A stretch of DNA of 49,361 nt, filler included, from Sphacelaria rigidula (taxonomy: Eukaryota): the NCBI GenBank assembly GCA_964200075.2. It is 3 parts of 3 records of this genome, joined end to end, with 100 filler letters (N's around TTAATTAATTAA, not from the genome) between each part and the next. Parts side by side here need not be neighbours in the genome. Positions count along the whole stretch, not along the records: positions 1 to 16,390 come from CAXNAA020001378.1; 2 more parts are not named here. One strand, given 5' to 3'. Of this stretch, positions 1 to 13,660 are shown piece after piece. Position 1 is the stretch's first letter. Every line of letters starts with the position of its first letter. The notes under the pieces were generated by a model. It made no database searches and was not told the DNA's origin. It saw only the letters and a list, made by a program, of their open reading frames with translations. Made by a program: the position numbers and the translations under genes.

Positions 1-603
1 AACATAAAAAACCTACGACTGATTTTCGCAGCCTGGACCCCTTCAAACTCAAACCCTTTTTGAGGGGGAGGGGGGGGGGGGGCGCTCACAACTTGAAAAT
101 GTTACGGCAACCGAGTGGTGAAGCTGTTATCAAAACCTCGCTTTTTTATCTTTAGTTCGTATCGGTGACACACCGTCACAGGTGGGACCCGGAACCGTGC
201 ACTTGCCGGACGTGATAGCGTGGATTGCGCTGAGGTGCACAGCCCACGGCAGCGACGACTTTTGCGGACCTCGCGCACCTTGCTGGACACGCCAGAGTCG
301 GAAGTCTTCGAACGGCTGCTTGTTTCGTGTGTTTTCACAGCAGTAGCCCAGCAGCGATGAAAGCCAGCTGCCGGCAGAGCTGCATGGCCGTGATACGCCT
401 AGCTTCCTACTCACGACAACAGTACTACTCCATCACACTGCGAAATATAGACGGAGGATGACAACCGTACCCGTTCGGCTTTCTCAGAGCAATGAACAGT
501 CCTTCGATTGGTGTAGTAGAGCGTGTGAGGTAGGGATCAACAGGGTGGGGTAACGATCGACCGCAAATGTCGGAGCATAAATCGATAGGCAACGATGTTT
601 CGC

Positions 604-810
604 TGAAATTGAGAGTCTCGCATACAAATGAGAGTGAAGGGCGATCAACACATGACAAGCATAGGTTCACTTTTAAAATGCCTATCCGGGCCTCATGTAT
701 CAACTGTGTTCTGGTGAATTTGAAAGTCTAGCATAAAATTGGGAGTGAAGAGCGAACAACTCGTGGAAAGCATAGGTCTACTTTCGAAATGCCCCTTACG
801 GGCCTCATAT
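604..810 (+). repeat. tandem duplication, ~112-bp diverged unit x2, related to the family-C MITE subterminal region
   Basis: gagtgaag.gcga.caac...aagcataggt..actt...aaatgcc...cgggcctcat is repeated; compare 35601-35670. Confidence 0.7.
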
Positions 811-1107
811 ATGCCATTGGTATTTCTTCAAAAAGATATCGGCGTGTAGCTGTTGTCTTTTTCGGGACCGTTTTCCTCAGCAATTGTATGATGGTGAGTG
901 TCCATTTGTGTCGTATTCAAGTCAAGCTTATGCCAATTCATATCTTCATGTGACTTGGCATCACTGGACTTGAACTCAAAGTCAATGGACAGGTGCCACC
1001 ACCACAAGATGGGGGGAAAGTGGGGAAAAGGGCCATGAACACACGAGTACCGTTGTGGGAAACCCGGTCCTTGAAGGGTCAAGCATACGATAGTAGCGAG
1101 ACGGGCA

Positions 1108-1349
1108 AAAAACATCGCCCACGAGATTGTACGTCGGCCAAGTTGGAGCAAGTAAAAAAAATCCTCCTCCATCAACGTGGGACTCTCAATTCCACGAGAA
1201 CATTCTTAGCTGTACTCACAGGGTTTCCAAAAAACATCACCCACAAGATTGTACGTGGGCCAGGTTAGAGCAAGTACAAAACATCCTCCTCCATCAATGT
1301 GGGACTTTCAATCCCACGAGAACGTTCTTCGCTGTACTCACAGGGTTCC
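1108..1349 (+). repeat. tandem duplication, ~122-bp unit x2
   Basis: aaaacatc.ccca..agattgtacgt.ggcca.gtt.gagcaagta...gctgtactcacagggtt is repeated. Confidence 0.9.
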
Positions 1350-2024
1350 TCGCCAGTGGACCCTATGCATCCACAGATGGTGCTGAGAAGAGTGCGAAAA
1401 AAAAAAGGGTTGTAGTGATTTTCGCGTCCTCTGGCGCCGGCAACGATCTCTGACCGTAGACAGGATGCAATGTCGACGTTGTGAGGGTCCTTGTTGACCA
1501 GATATTTCTTTTCACGTTGGGGTGCCACCTCACACACCAAAAAGTGCAGTGCCTGCACATAGAGTATTCCCGCCACTCGAAACCACGTGTTAACACGGGT
1601 ACGCCGGTTTCAAGGTAGTTGACGTCCGCGATCGATAGAAGAGTCACCCATAGAATTGGTATCATGTCCATAGCATTGGCATCAGGATAGCTATCACGAA
1701 ATCTAGGCTCCGCCGTGTATCCAACAGTCAATGATTTCAAATTCGGGGTTCCCGGTATGCCACTGAAAAAACACGGCGTACGAAAACTTTCGTCCGATGT
1801 ACGTACCAGGGTCCGCGAGTTCAAGATATCTGTCTTATACGAGAGAAAGGTGCTAGACCACAATCCATCGGGGGAAATCAAAGTGGTCGGCATCCGTGCA
1901 CAGACAACGTTCGAGAGCCAAGGAGCTGCTATTATACCACGCCTGACTCCGATATGTTGACACAGGGATTCAGGGAGTAAAAAGTGGTGCCACTTCAGCA
2001 GAGATGACCCGCACTTCTTATCGG

Positions 2025-2110
2025 AGGTATCTCGAACTCGAGATTCCTGAAATTTTCAACGGTAAGTTATTGTGAGAAAAAATATGCCGAGAACTCGTGT
2101 TTGAGGACGT
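2025..2110. mobile_element. family-A MITE (right TIR degenerate)
   Basis: aggtatctcgaactcgagattcc...gaactcgtgtttgaggacgt. Confidence 0.65.
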
Positions 2111-2368
2111 GTCTCACAGTATAACAGTACAGTAGCACATTTCTCTTTCGATCAAAAATGTGCGGTGGAAAAGGAATACTCCGACCCGATAGGTCGTGAT
2201 ATCAACTATCGTAAGTTATTTCATATTGAAATCCGACGCCCGGATGGGTAGTGTGACTCGTGTACAGAGTCGAGCTAGGGGACAATGTAGGAGGTTTGGT
2301 CGGTGAGGGACAGTTTTGTTTCACTTTCCAAGTCCGACACTAACCTGGTTGGGGGGGCACTCCCACCT

Positions 2369-2378
2369 NNNNNNNNNN
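2369..2378. other. small assembly gap
   Basis: 10 Ns. Confidence 0.97.
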
Positions 2379-3445
2379 GCCGGGTGGAGCGACTTGAAGC
2401 GCTGGACGAAACTAGAAATAGCAAAGTGTATGGATAAAAGGTTCCTTTCTGTCCTCTGGGGACGAAAAAAAAAAGTTATTTCATATTGAGGATGGTTGAA
2501 ATCACGACCTTTTGTACTGGAATTTGTTTTCAAGTTCTGTGAGGACACACGGCCCGAAATACCTGTCAAAGGCAAGTAGAAGGTGTTCACGAGAACATGA
2601 CGACGTCATCATCTGCACACAGACCAGCGCGTTACCTCCTTGACAGATAACTGGGCACATTTGCTGTTGTGCTCCGGGGCCCTTGATCAGCCGAACAGCC
2701 TACGCATGGCATCCATTATACCTCGTGTTGCGCATTTTCGACGAATTGTTTCTCCGTCTCGAGTTTTAGAGGGAGAATGCTGCGAAGTGATGGGAAGGAA
2801 ACCCTTCATGTGAAGGCAGACACCTGCTGGTGAGTAATCATAGCGGAGTTACACGCCACCAGAGTCGTACGCAAAATTGTAGAAAATCCATCAACGTGCT
2901 CGTGTGTGAACGTCCGCATACAAAATCGTTGCACTGTTGTACAACAACTTCACTTGCGCATGTCTCGACCGAGGCTGGACCAACCGCCGTGAACTGGGCG
3001 CATTGTTCGTACAAACCACATGCAGCATGTGCACCAATTCGGCGGCACATTTAGGTGGTATCGGAAAACAAGCTCAGAGATTGGCGGTTTCGAGCAGTAC
3101 CGCCCTCACAAAGGCTTTCCCGCAGGCCGAACGTAGCGAATCATGTGTAGACCTCAAGCTTGCGAACGCACGAGGCGCCTACCCCACTTAAATACCTCGA
3201 GGGTTTCTAGCCGATGATCTGCGAAATCGGCACACGAACTCGCTTGCGTGGTAAGTGTTGGGTGAGGTATCCTCCTCCCTTTCAGGAGACGGGGAAATCA
3301 TGTGTAGCTGGGCGGCTGTAGGGCCGGCAAACGAACATCGATTCGCACTGGGACACCCTGTGGATTCTGACAATTTTTCACAAACTCAGTAAAATGTCGC
3401 TCGTGGAGGTGCTCAGATCGGTGGGCACACCCGTACGCTCTCCTA

Positions 3446-3551
3446 CCCCTCCATCGCGAGGGTAGGTCACCTGCTTGATCGACATCAATCCTCACTCGAA
3501 ACCACTGTGCGTAATCCAGATGGACGATCCGTATCGCGGTCCAAGGGTTAA
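3446..3551 (+). mobile_element. degenerate family-B MITE
   Basis: Right end tccagatggac...tcgcggtccaagggttaa; diverged left end ccct...gcgagggtaggtca. Confidence 0.65.
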
Positions 3552-4898
3552 CGCAGACACCACAATGCGTTTACGGAATTTATCGAGGGCTCCGAGACAA
3601 GGGGGAACATGACATCTGGACACAAAACTGCTGATGGACACCCTTCACGTAACTAGCCAAATCGGTAGCATCACCACCCCTCCCCTCTCCTCCCTATTCG
3701 CAGATAGGATGCCATCAAATTGATCATATTCCCTGGTGAGGATCTATATATTGCTATACTCCTCGAGTACATGATAAATGCTGCTTGATTATCTCGAAGT
3801 ATCCTGATTCGCTCCGTAGGATTCAGTCCCGTGGTGTTTGAATATCGGACGGGAGATTTGCGATGATTTTCCCCCGCCATTCGGGACATGCAATCGAAGG
3901 AGACAAACAAACGTCAACACAGACAGGTATTACGAACAGCACCTCGGGGTTGAGTTTGATCTCCGCAGGAACCCCTAATTTTTTTTGCAGCTGTTCGCTC
4001 TCGAGCCCTGGAGAGACATGATCTAGCAAGACCCTCGAATTTGCTCCATCAGACATGCTGGGTCAGATGGCGTGATCGTTCACCCTTACATCTCTCGCGA
4101 CAGGTTGGCAAATCTAATGGTCCTACCACCCCATGGAGGATGACGATGGAGTGCGCGCAGGTGGTCGAGAGTAGGCCGTTTGGGCGCTCCACAGATTTAA
4201 TAGATCCTTCTCGTGGCATCGCACTCGCTTCAACTTTTTCGCAAGACAGCTGCGCAAGAACAGACCCCGCCCTAGATCTTCGACGTTCGACCGTCGAGTG
4301 GGGTCGTCGGGGTATCCCGGTAGCTCCTTAGGATAAATCTTTTGTCAAGTTACCCATCCCAGTGATCATATCAACATGCGGAACATTTGGTTGGACATCT
4401 AACGGGCGGATTCAAGTGAAGGGGTGGGTGGGGTTCGAAAAGGTAACTGTCCTTGGTGAAACAGACGACATCCCCATAAAATGCAGCATGTCCACACGAT
4501 ATTTCCGGGGAAAAATCATGTCCATGTGAAGGATATTTCACAACTTGGTTAACTGCAGACCTCCTCAAGCTTCCCCAGCACAGCTGACTCTCGGGCGAAA
4601 GCAGAGCTTAGTATGCCGGAGGCCAACGTGATGGTGGCAAGGGAGTTTATGCTCGGATGAAGCTCGAAAAGCGTGCTGTGAATGTTCGGAGGCGTTACAA
4701 CAGTAAGGACGCTTAATAAAAATCGATTGATTGGTCATTGCACAAGAACTAATCGTCATGGATCCAGCTGTGATACTTTCAACAAGATGAACATATTCAA
4801 AGGTGGAAGAGCCCTCCGACCAACGGGGTGGGTTGTCAAGGGAAAAATGACGCCAACGCAAAATGAACCCGACACGGGAGTCCACACTGGCACATTCA

Positions 4899-4976
4899 CA
4901 TACATACATACATACATACCTACATACATACATACATACATACATACATACATACATACATACATACATACATACA
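4899..4976. repeat. (TACA)n microsatellite
   Basis: About 19 near-perfect TACA units. Confidence 0.97.
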
Positions 4977-5126
4977 CACATACGTACAATACCAAGCAAG
5001 TGATGGAGCACGCACACAGTACAGTGTTGCGTAAAGGAGTAAAGGAAACGACCATCCGGAGACCAGTCAATGCTGGAAAAGTTTGAAATATTCCCGTCCG
5101 GACCCTATTTCGTCATGTCGACGCGG

Positions 5127-5231
5127 TGAACCCTCTCAGGCGGCGAGGGTATATCTTTCATTGAAAACGCATATTTCTCATTTGAAAAGAGTACATGATC
5201 TAGATGGACTACACTCGCGGATCAAGGGTCA
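5127..5231 (+). mobile_element. degenerate family-B MITE
   Basis: aaccct...ggcgagggt...catgatctagatggactacactcgcggatcaagggtcaa aligns with the other copies. Confidence 0.6.
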
Positions 5232-7842
5232 AGCGATTGGTCATGAAAGAGATGGCAATATTTCGAAACAAATCATGAAGATCCTTGTTGCTTCCGGACA
5301 CAAGAATTCAAGCACCGTTCATGATGAGAATTTCCTTCCGAAATGAGTTATTCGAAGAAAAAGAAAAACCTCGACGGAATCCATTTTTTTATATTAACTT
5401 TTCAGAAATCCCTGCCCCTCATTTTGAGCAAGGTCAGCGGTTGTGGGGCATGATGAAGCCGGACACGCCTCGACATGCACGCGGCGCGTCAGGAACATGG
5501 GGGCCTGTAGCACTTGTTGACAAGATTCACAGCAATATCATGACCGGATGAATCGGATGGCCGTCACTAATATTTTCAGGCAAAGGACCCATACATGAGG
5601 ACGAATTTGTAGTAAATAAACTATTTGGACGAAGCGCGTTATATCCTAGCGTTTAAAGTCGGCACCCAGCAAACACTGAGGACCTGTCAAAACAAGCCGG
5701 ATAACTAAAAACATGGGACATGTTTTGTTTCACTGTACTGCAGCACAAACACACTCACGGCCGCTCTCATGTGCTGTAGCCATAATTTTGTGTGGTTTGT
5801 TTTAGACCTCGCGAAGACGGTTTCGTCTCCGCTGTGAGATTGCCCAATGTGCTGCAGTGTTGTGGTTGTCTCTCTGAAACATTTAGCATCAGTCGGGACG
5901 CAGTGTTGTCTACACACTCAACTGTCCGTTGAAAACTCCATATTTCCCGGACCCATCACTTGCGCGATACCGAACATGGCTGAGTTAAGGCACACAACCA
6001 GCACCAGTATACACGGCTCGACCGGCCGGGCCGGATACCATGCTCAGATGAAAGGAGCAACACAGAGCATAGTGCGGATATACTGCACCGCCAGGGTACT
6101 GCCTGCACCAATCAGCATGACGGGTGCTGCTGCTAGCATCGGCGCCAGCGCTCGGGGCCACGGGAAGACACAACCAGCCCCACCAAGATGGGGATATACT
6201 CGTACATGGGCATCGCAATGACCCACTGAGGCGGCACTGTAGCATTCGATATCTGCTGGTCTGGTTGCAGCTCCGTTTTTCTGCGGATGTTTTATCCATC
6301 CCGGCGTGCACTCAAAATGTGAATCGAACCTGCGAGCCAATAAGAAGCAGTTTTACTGTTCACTACGAACGTCGGGTACATGAGCGCTCAATTCCGCTGA
6401 TTCCTCACTGAGGAGCCTCTGATTGGTTGAATTACATATTTCACCACAAAAAAGTACCTCCCCATGTGTGAGCGTTGTGCCTTTTATCACATCGTCGATG
6501 GCAAGGGATCCTCGGGAACCGGCAGTGGGGGTCTCTTCAAAACAAATCGTCCGATACTTCGTCCGTGCCTCTCCTCGCATACAATATCTGATGGCAACGT
6601 CATGGTCCCAAGCGTCGGATTTCTGGAAATTACTCGGTTCTAGTGTAATTGATTCAAATCGTACCAATCCCATGGGCCTTGTTTCCAGCGTTGCAGCTTA
6701 GGTACACGCAGCCCAGCCACGTGGAATGGCGCAAAAGTTGCGTGGATACCCCTTGGACTAGCGGTCAACATTATTTTCCCTTTCGGGCAACCAGGCCACA
6801 GAAATCGTTGAATTTGGTGATCCGAACCCGTGATGATTCATCCGAACCGTGCATGGTTCCATTGAACGACAAGATCCAGGTGCCATTTGGCCAGTTTCAC
6901 TGCTGTGTTGGAAATCATTCGTCTAATAAGGTGAATTTTTGCACACCTTGAACAGGATGAAGATTACCTTGTCGAAAAGTGTGCTGCGTACAGTGTCGAC
7001 TACTGCGCCAATTGCGGTGGATGATACTGTAGATACCATACTGCATGCAGTAGTTTTTGACAGGATGATCTCCCAGCATGTGAAGTTTTGCACGTCAACT
7101 GGAAGGCATGACATTTCGGACGCGGGTTCGTGCATCGTTATGGATTACACACTTGCAGATTGCACGCAAGCAGTGTAGAGGAACAATAACGTAGCCATGA
7201 GACACAACATCGGGAGGAAGGGAGGCGGCGCCGGAGTAACCGGTGCCACGTCGAGAGAGACTCTTCCTGTCAACCCATGATTTACGTGATGCTTCCCGAC
7301 ATGTAACAGTACACAATGGCGCCACGAAGAGTGGCGGATTCTGATCAGCCTCGAGTGATACTTCCAAAAATCGAGCGCATGTAGCACGTAAGAAACAAGG
7401 ATGACTACAGGTGTCTACCTTGCGGTGTAAACACGCAAGGCACTTGAACGTGCCAAATGCGTGTGCGTTACAACACAACGAATTATATAGACAAATCAAT
7501 AACTATGCAAACGGGGTACAAAGTTCTCGCATTCCTCCTAGTCTTGCATTCATACGGTGCTTCTCCTGTACGTGGCGGGTGCCAAGAGGTTGGATCTGTT
7601 CCTAGCATTGTCCATCAGACTTTACAGACAGAGCAGAAATGGGCACCCGAGCAGATACAAGCGGCCGCGGCTCCATGTTGTGCGGTGAATCCGGGTATGC
7701 CCAATCGGATGGGAAAGGAAACGGGAAATCGTTTGGAACTATAATACAAGAGATCAGGTGAGAATTCCACGCATAGTAGAAATGTTGTATCAAAAAGTCG
7801 GGGTTTCCGTCGTAATGCCAATAATGAATTATCGAAGAATTG

Positions 7843-7923
7843 AGGTATCTCGAACTCGAGATTCCCCGTGCATTTCGCAAAATTTACAAATAATATGTCG
7901 GGAACCTCGAGTTTGAGGTACCT
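7843..7923. mobile_element. ~80-bp MITE (family A, TIR AGGTATCTCGAACTCGAG)
   Basis: aggtatctcgaactcgagattcc...ggaacctcgagtttgaggtacct; four copies in the window. Confidence 0.75.
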
Positions 7924-8655
7924 CTGATAAGCCGGGGACACCGAGCTTGGGGGACCTTCACCGATCTCCGAACATCATGGTTGAACGATTTGGTTTCAAG
8001 ACTTCCGAAGTCTCACGTACGGCCTCTGGGCAGGACGCCTTTCGAGTCGCTGTTCGAGGTGGCATCATCTTTCACTTTGCCAGCGCTTACATTGCTCCAA
8101 GACATATTCGGTATCAGGGCTGCGAAGGGGTTCCACGGTACTCCTGAGGCTGTCACGGCTACAGTGGCGGTTAGATCTATCAACAGATATTCAACATGAC
8201 ACAAGTACATGTAGGGTAGATCTACCTAGAGAAAAAAGTGATGGGTGCCTCGACTCAAGTCGAAGTGCCTCATATTACATGCCTCGAGCTCCATGAAGGC
8301 ACCACGATTCACAGGATATTCGTCGTTATTCGCATTGGTGATAGTACCCGCACTCACAAAGAGGAGCTTGTTGGTGTTGTTCCAGCGTTGATGTTGTTTC
8401 GGGCGGAGGACGGCCGGCGGTATCGTTCTGCGAGGCGGCCCCACCCACCAAGCCTGCACCAAGATGAGTGGGCTACTCTTCACCGCTCGATCGGTGTTTC
8501 ATATCGAGAATTCGGCACAATTTTTGCTTGCTCTGTGGACCGAATAAATTCCATCCGCACAGAAAAGTTTGATTGAAAATCAAACGCACGAAATATCCAA
8601 GTATTCCGATTTCGTCCTCACGACTCATACGCAGCAAATGTTGTCTGTTCATTTC

Positions 8656-8739
8656 AGGTATCTCGAGCTCGAGGCTCCCGGCACGGTTGACTATGAAGTA
8701 CTAATGAAACATCCCGGGAAACTCGAGTTCGAGATGCCT
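8656..8739. mobile_element. family-A MITE
   Basis: aggtatctcgagctcgag...ctcgagttcgagatgcct. Confidence 0.72.
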
Positions 8740-11700
8740 TCACTAGGGTGCTGGACAGAGAACTTAGCATCGAGCCATGCATGATGCATTGGACATTGTC
8801 CCGGGAACCAACAGTCGATGCAGAGAACGAAAGCATCGCGACGAGATATATCAAGTATCCCGTCCAAGAATGATACGGCGCAGCCCACATCGGTCACGTG
8901 TCACATGCCACGTGCTGTAATAGAACGTAAACGTAAAGCACATATTCATCGGACGTGAACTCTTCTGCACTCGACAGACGCAAAATATGAGCTGACGTCC
9001 TGTCATGTGCTGTACTTTGGAGTGGTGAATCGTACAGTCAAGTTGCACTCTGCTGTGGTGTGTGATGGTCGAGCTTTCTTGAAATCAACCAGAACAACAA
9101 GAGCATTTCATCGCCCCTCGGTCTCGCCTCAGCTTTTGTGGCTGCACATGCTCTCATATTATCGAGATTGGATCCTCCGAGGGTGATTCGGGCTCATACC
9201 GTCTTCCCGGAGAAAGTGATGCCCGATCAATAGGGTGCTCATGTTGGCTATCGGAGAGTACAGTCGTGCATTCGATCCCCATCTGCACCGTCCGTCAATT
9301 TGTCTAGACTCTCCAAAAAAATCTCTGATTACGGTCGGGTTCATGCCAGTTCATCAGATTTCCATGTTTGAAGTTTTGAATTTTCAAAGTTGAAACAGCG
9401 TGTCCCATTACGACCAGGACCGCCACATTCTGATTTCCGGAGAGCTAGAGACTGACTGTTCCAGACGCCTCGCGTGCGCAGCAGGCGATATTGCTCAAAA
9501 TAGCGCCCGCCCTGTCATACTGTGCTCAAGTGTCCCAGCGTACACATAATTCGCAGAACATAATTCGAAGGACGATAACACCGTGTGAAACTGCCGGCAT
9601 CCGAGGATTGGATCCGAGGAACAATGCCATGAGCTCCGGGAATGTTCTCGGTTAGCGTCCAAGTTTCATCTGTTCAGAGAATGCACCAACCATGAAAAAT
9701 CACGGACATGAGGTAAACCACACCAACCTGATTTTCTCGTAATGTAGGGAACGCCTCCGCGGAGTATGTGTTGCCGTTTATCACCACCTCCCTATTCAGG
9801 GACCACTGACAAACAAAGGTATGATCTCGCATGGTGGCGAATAATGCCGAGTAATGACTCGGGAAACAAAGGTATCAGTTTGCCTGGTCAAATCGTTCTG
9901 CATATTTTCATGATCGGAGAGTGCCCGTGAGGGGAATTCATGGGTGCGTGGGGTATTGACAACGGCAATCGTTTTCAGCGGGCGTTTGTGACTGTGGTGA
10001 AAGCTTCACCTCCTGGCTGAAAGTCAGAGTTCGGATAAAGGGCGCAACCCTCACAGAGGTTACCAATCGAGATTTCGACCGATCCCCCGCAGAACCAACA
10101 TGACAAATCATGTACTGTATTGACGTTGAACCGTTCTCCCATAACGCAGCACTGCAATAGTCATTGCCCCATCTTACAGGTGCATAGAGTGATGCAGCCC
10201 GGTTGCATCAAACGTCGCCAACGTACGCAGTGACATAATCACACAGACTGGGGGGACGGTCGAGGTGTTCGTGTGATATGCTCGATCAACGGGTCCACGA
10301 TAACGTGGGCCTCTCTGTTCTCGAGAACGATTTTCAGAACGGTGAGCTTGTGTGGACGTCCGGGAGTACACGCAGCACCCGACGTATTCTTTACTGCATG
10401 GCATCCTCTGCTGTGCTTCGGGATTTTCACCCTACCCTGGACAACCACGTTCCGGGTTGATGTCACGATACCCGCAGCGAAAGTGCCAAAGTCCGTACTC
10501 GTCAACTATATTTCGGCCGACCGTCATTTACTCTCACGTATTACATCAAATACCGCCGAAAGGAGGATAGGAGAAACGTTATGATCATACACCTCAAATT
10601 ATTCTCCCTACAAGACAATTTCTCTACAGAAGACGCAACCAGCGAATGCCGGCACCATCCAGGCATCACGCTTGTTCGTCCACAACAATCGACGTCACGC
10701 TACCGGGGCATCATTATCGTAGATGGCAGGAGTATCGTAACGAAGGCCCAGGAGACAAGGTCGATGTTGGAACAAAAATAGCCGAACATAAGGGAAACTT
10801 CCGTTCTGCCCCTCTCCGGTTTTTTTTCTGCTGTGTGCTGTGCTGGATCGGACGTGAACCACTATTACATTAGAGTAACGCGCATGTATCATGTCAATTT
10901 CAACGATATCGTGTTGTGTCGACCGCAGTGCCTTTGAATTAACAACAGGTGGTATAGCAGAGTGCACGGTGCGAGCTCCTCACGATTGTCCGCCAGGTTG
11001 GAGGGTTCAATGACCACTTCATCACTAGATATTGAACCCTGGGTACAAGTGCAGAACTTGCATACGAAGAGACCGCACTTGTCCCTCAAGGGAAAATTCA
11101 GGAAAGGGCAAGAAGTTATTTGTACAGGAGGCAAGACTGTTGCACGTTTGACATACATGTGCACGTGCCATCGATGTGGAGCTGGGGTGCTCTCATGTCT
11201 CGAAGAGGGCACTCGGCACAATCGCGTATCTGTACTACGGTCACAAAGGGCATCGTGCTCGCTGTGCCGTGCGCATGCGAATCCCCCGCAACACGAGTGA
11301 AGAGGGAGCCTTGTCTAATGCGACAGCCCATCACTCATAGAACGCCTCATCGACGGAATAAAAAAAGGCGTACCATTGGTTGTGGCGCATATGAGAGCAC
11401 ATGTCACAAATGTCTGTTGACGTCGTGAGTTGTCGGTGTGCGCGGTACGCTCGGACAACAGGCCTTCACTTCTCATGTAAACTGTGTTACTGGGTGATGA
11501 CGGGTGTGTAATGATGGTGCTGCACCATGGGCCGGGCACCACGCGTCACACCGCACACTAGGAAGAAGATAACAAAAGCAAGAAATGGAAGCATACGGTG
11601 CCGTATCGTAACGTGTACGGGGTGCCCGCCGACACACTATGCAGCCGAGAGGGGGGGGAAACGTAACTAAAGCAAAGACAGTGTGCGAGTAAGTCACGTC

Positions 11701-11936
11701 CAGAAACCTTTCGTGTGCCCAACACCGACTTCTATCGTGTAATTGACGCTGGTGTTGCGATAATGAGACAAAGCAATGCTCCCTCGCTCATCCGTTGACC
11801 CGACTAATAATAAATCTGCTGTATCGCACAACTACGGTAGGTTACTCCGTGTACAAACAGTATAGCAGCGATGCCTTTGCCCCGATCGGTATTGAAGCGA
11901 GGGAGAAAACGGAATATACGAAGTACAAGTTTTCAC

Positions 11937-12395
11937 CTCGTTGAGAGTTCCGTTCCGTTGAGCACGCAGCAGTCCAACCGGGTCCTGAATACACAGCAAA
12001 GCACAGTTGCACAGCGCAGCATCAACCGGCATAATGACCCCCCACCCCATCCCATCCGCCGCCCCCCCATCGCCGTAGTTTGTTTCAAGGATCACGTCAC
12101 ACAGAGCACAAGCAAAAAAGAGCAAAAACAGGGAAGAAGCAGGAAGAGAAAGAAAGGGATTGTGAATCTCACATGATGAGAGGATGAGATAAAGACAACC
12201 ACGGGGGACAACCCCTTTCTTCGTAAAAACGTAGCTTCTCTACAACAGACTTGTGAGCAATGCTGCAGGGTTTTACTGTACGTAAGCGCCTTCATCAGGT
12301 CCCTGCTAATTTGGATACTCACGAGAAGCTGGTTCACCGGTGCGAACTCAAACACGCAGTCGTCGGTGGTCGAAGATAATACTACTGCAGACGAG
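11937..12395 (-). CDS. two candidate small exons (about 12395/12384-12323 and 11984-11937) of an unknown gene
   Basis: Donors |gtgagt and |gtgaaa, acceptor tattcag|. The phase-0 junction gives ...DDCVFEFAPVNQLL-DPVGLLRAQRNGTLNE; no recognised homology. Confidence 0.28.
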
Positions 12396-13564
12396 CTGTG
12401 TGTGCCGTGGGGTATATTTCTAATACTTCGTGTATTGAAGCGCAAAAGAGCAGGAAAAAATAATCTTCAGAATAGAAAGGTGCGTGGGGGGAGGGGGACC
12501 ACAGGGGGGAGGGGGGGGGGGACGAAAAGCTTGCCACATAGGAGGAAATACAAAACATCTTATTCTTAGTATGAAACCGACCGTCCGTTACCTCTTGACG
12601 TCATCTAGTCAGCGGGTTGGCCACCCGCACTATATATTTACATATTTACCTCTTTACTCTTGAGATATCAAGATAAAAGAGCACACATCAGAGGAAGCGG
12701 AAAAGTATGTGCATCTTTTCATGTGAACATCAAGGAATCCCTCATCGAAAGTAGTTAGTTAGTTGTTCCGTTATCAAAATATATACATATATTTCAGAGG
12801 AAGCGCGTGCAACAATCATGAGAAAAATATACACATATTTGTATAGGCGTTGGTGGGCGTGAAGGTGTGGCGGTATCGGTTCTTCCAGATGACTCTTTAA
12901 ATATTACTCCGCTTTTGACGCGGGAAAGCCACTCGCAGGTGAAAAAACCGTTACTGTCATCTTTTCCAGAGAGCATACGCCATAACACACACACGTACAA
13001 ACCGAGCCGCTTGAGCATACCTCCATCATATGATCATGACAATCGTGCTGTATATTTTTCTACTGTCAGTGCTGCACCGGTACAGTGTGTTGGCCTTGAT
13101 CTTTGACTTGTGACAAGAGGCTCAGCACAAGTGGATAGGGTAAAGCAGCACAGGAGGGAACATGACGCGGCCGAACCTATCCCATCCCCGTAGTTTCAAA
13201 ATTCACGTACTCGTATACGGATAAATCCCAATTCATCTGTCGTACGAGAAAGTCCATGGTTGCTTTATGACGAGGAACACTAACGTAGATAGTAAGTACC
13301 CTTAGACGTCACAACGCGTGGCACCTGTGCGGACATCGTTTCAAGCTGCTGTCCGTTTGTGCTGATATATAGCATTTCACTTCATCTACATGGACGAGTT
13401 GCGAAATGTGTCGCTGTTTTCCCCTCCTCTAGATAAATGAATCGACGTTACAGTAGACGATATCTAACCACGCACGAAGCCGTCTTTTATTTACGTATTT
13501 TGTCTTTTTTTTGTACAGCATGTATCATGTCTCTGGGGCTTGCCTTTTTGCGCTTGTCGGACAG

Positions 13565-13660
13565 GATGAGGCTGAGCTTTCTCTGTCCTTCTGCCTTCGA
13601 GATCATATGGAATTTCCCTGGGCGGATACGACAGTGTTCGACAAGATTATTAGAGCAACG
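13565..13660 (+). CDS. candidate orphan exon (96 nt)
   Basis: Pyrimidine-rich acceptor ...gacag| and donor |gtaaga; open in two frames; no recognised homology. Confidence 0.28.

Noticed and set aside
604-1349. CRISPR-like repeats
   Set aside because: Only two long diverged units each, no repeat-spacer periodicity, no cas genes, eukaryotic context.
4565-5086. ORFs with YVCM/YIHT repeats
   Set aside because: Translations of the (TACA)n microsatellite.
12485-12522. G-runs (also 62-82) as functional G-quadruplexes
   Set aside because: Homopolymer G tracts are frequent throughout this sequence; nothing indicates function.
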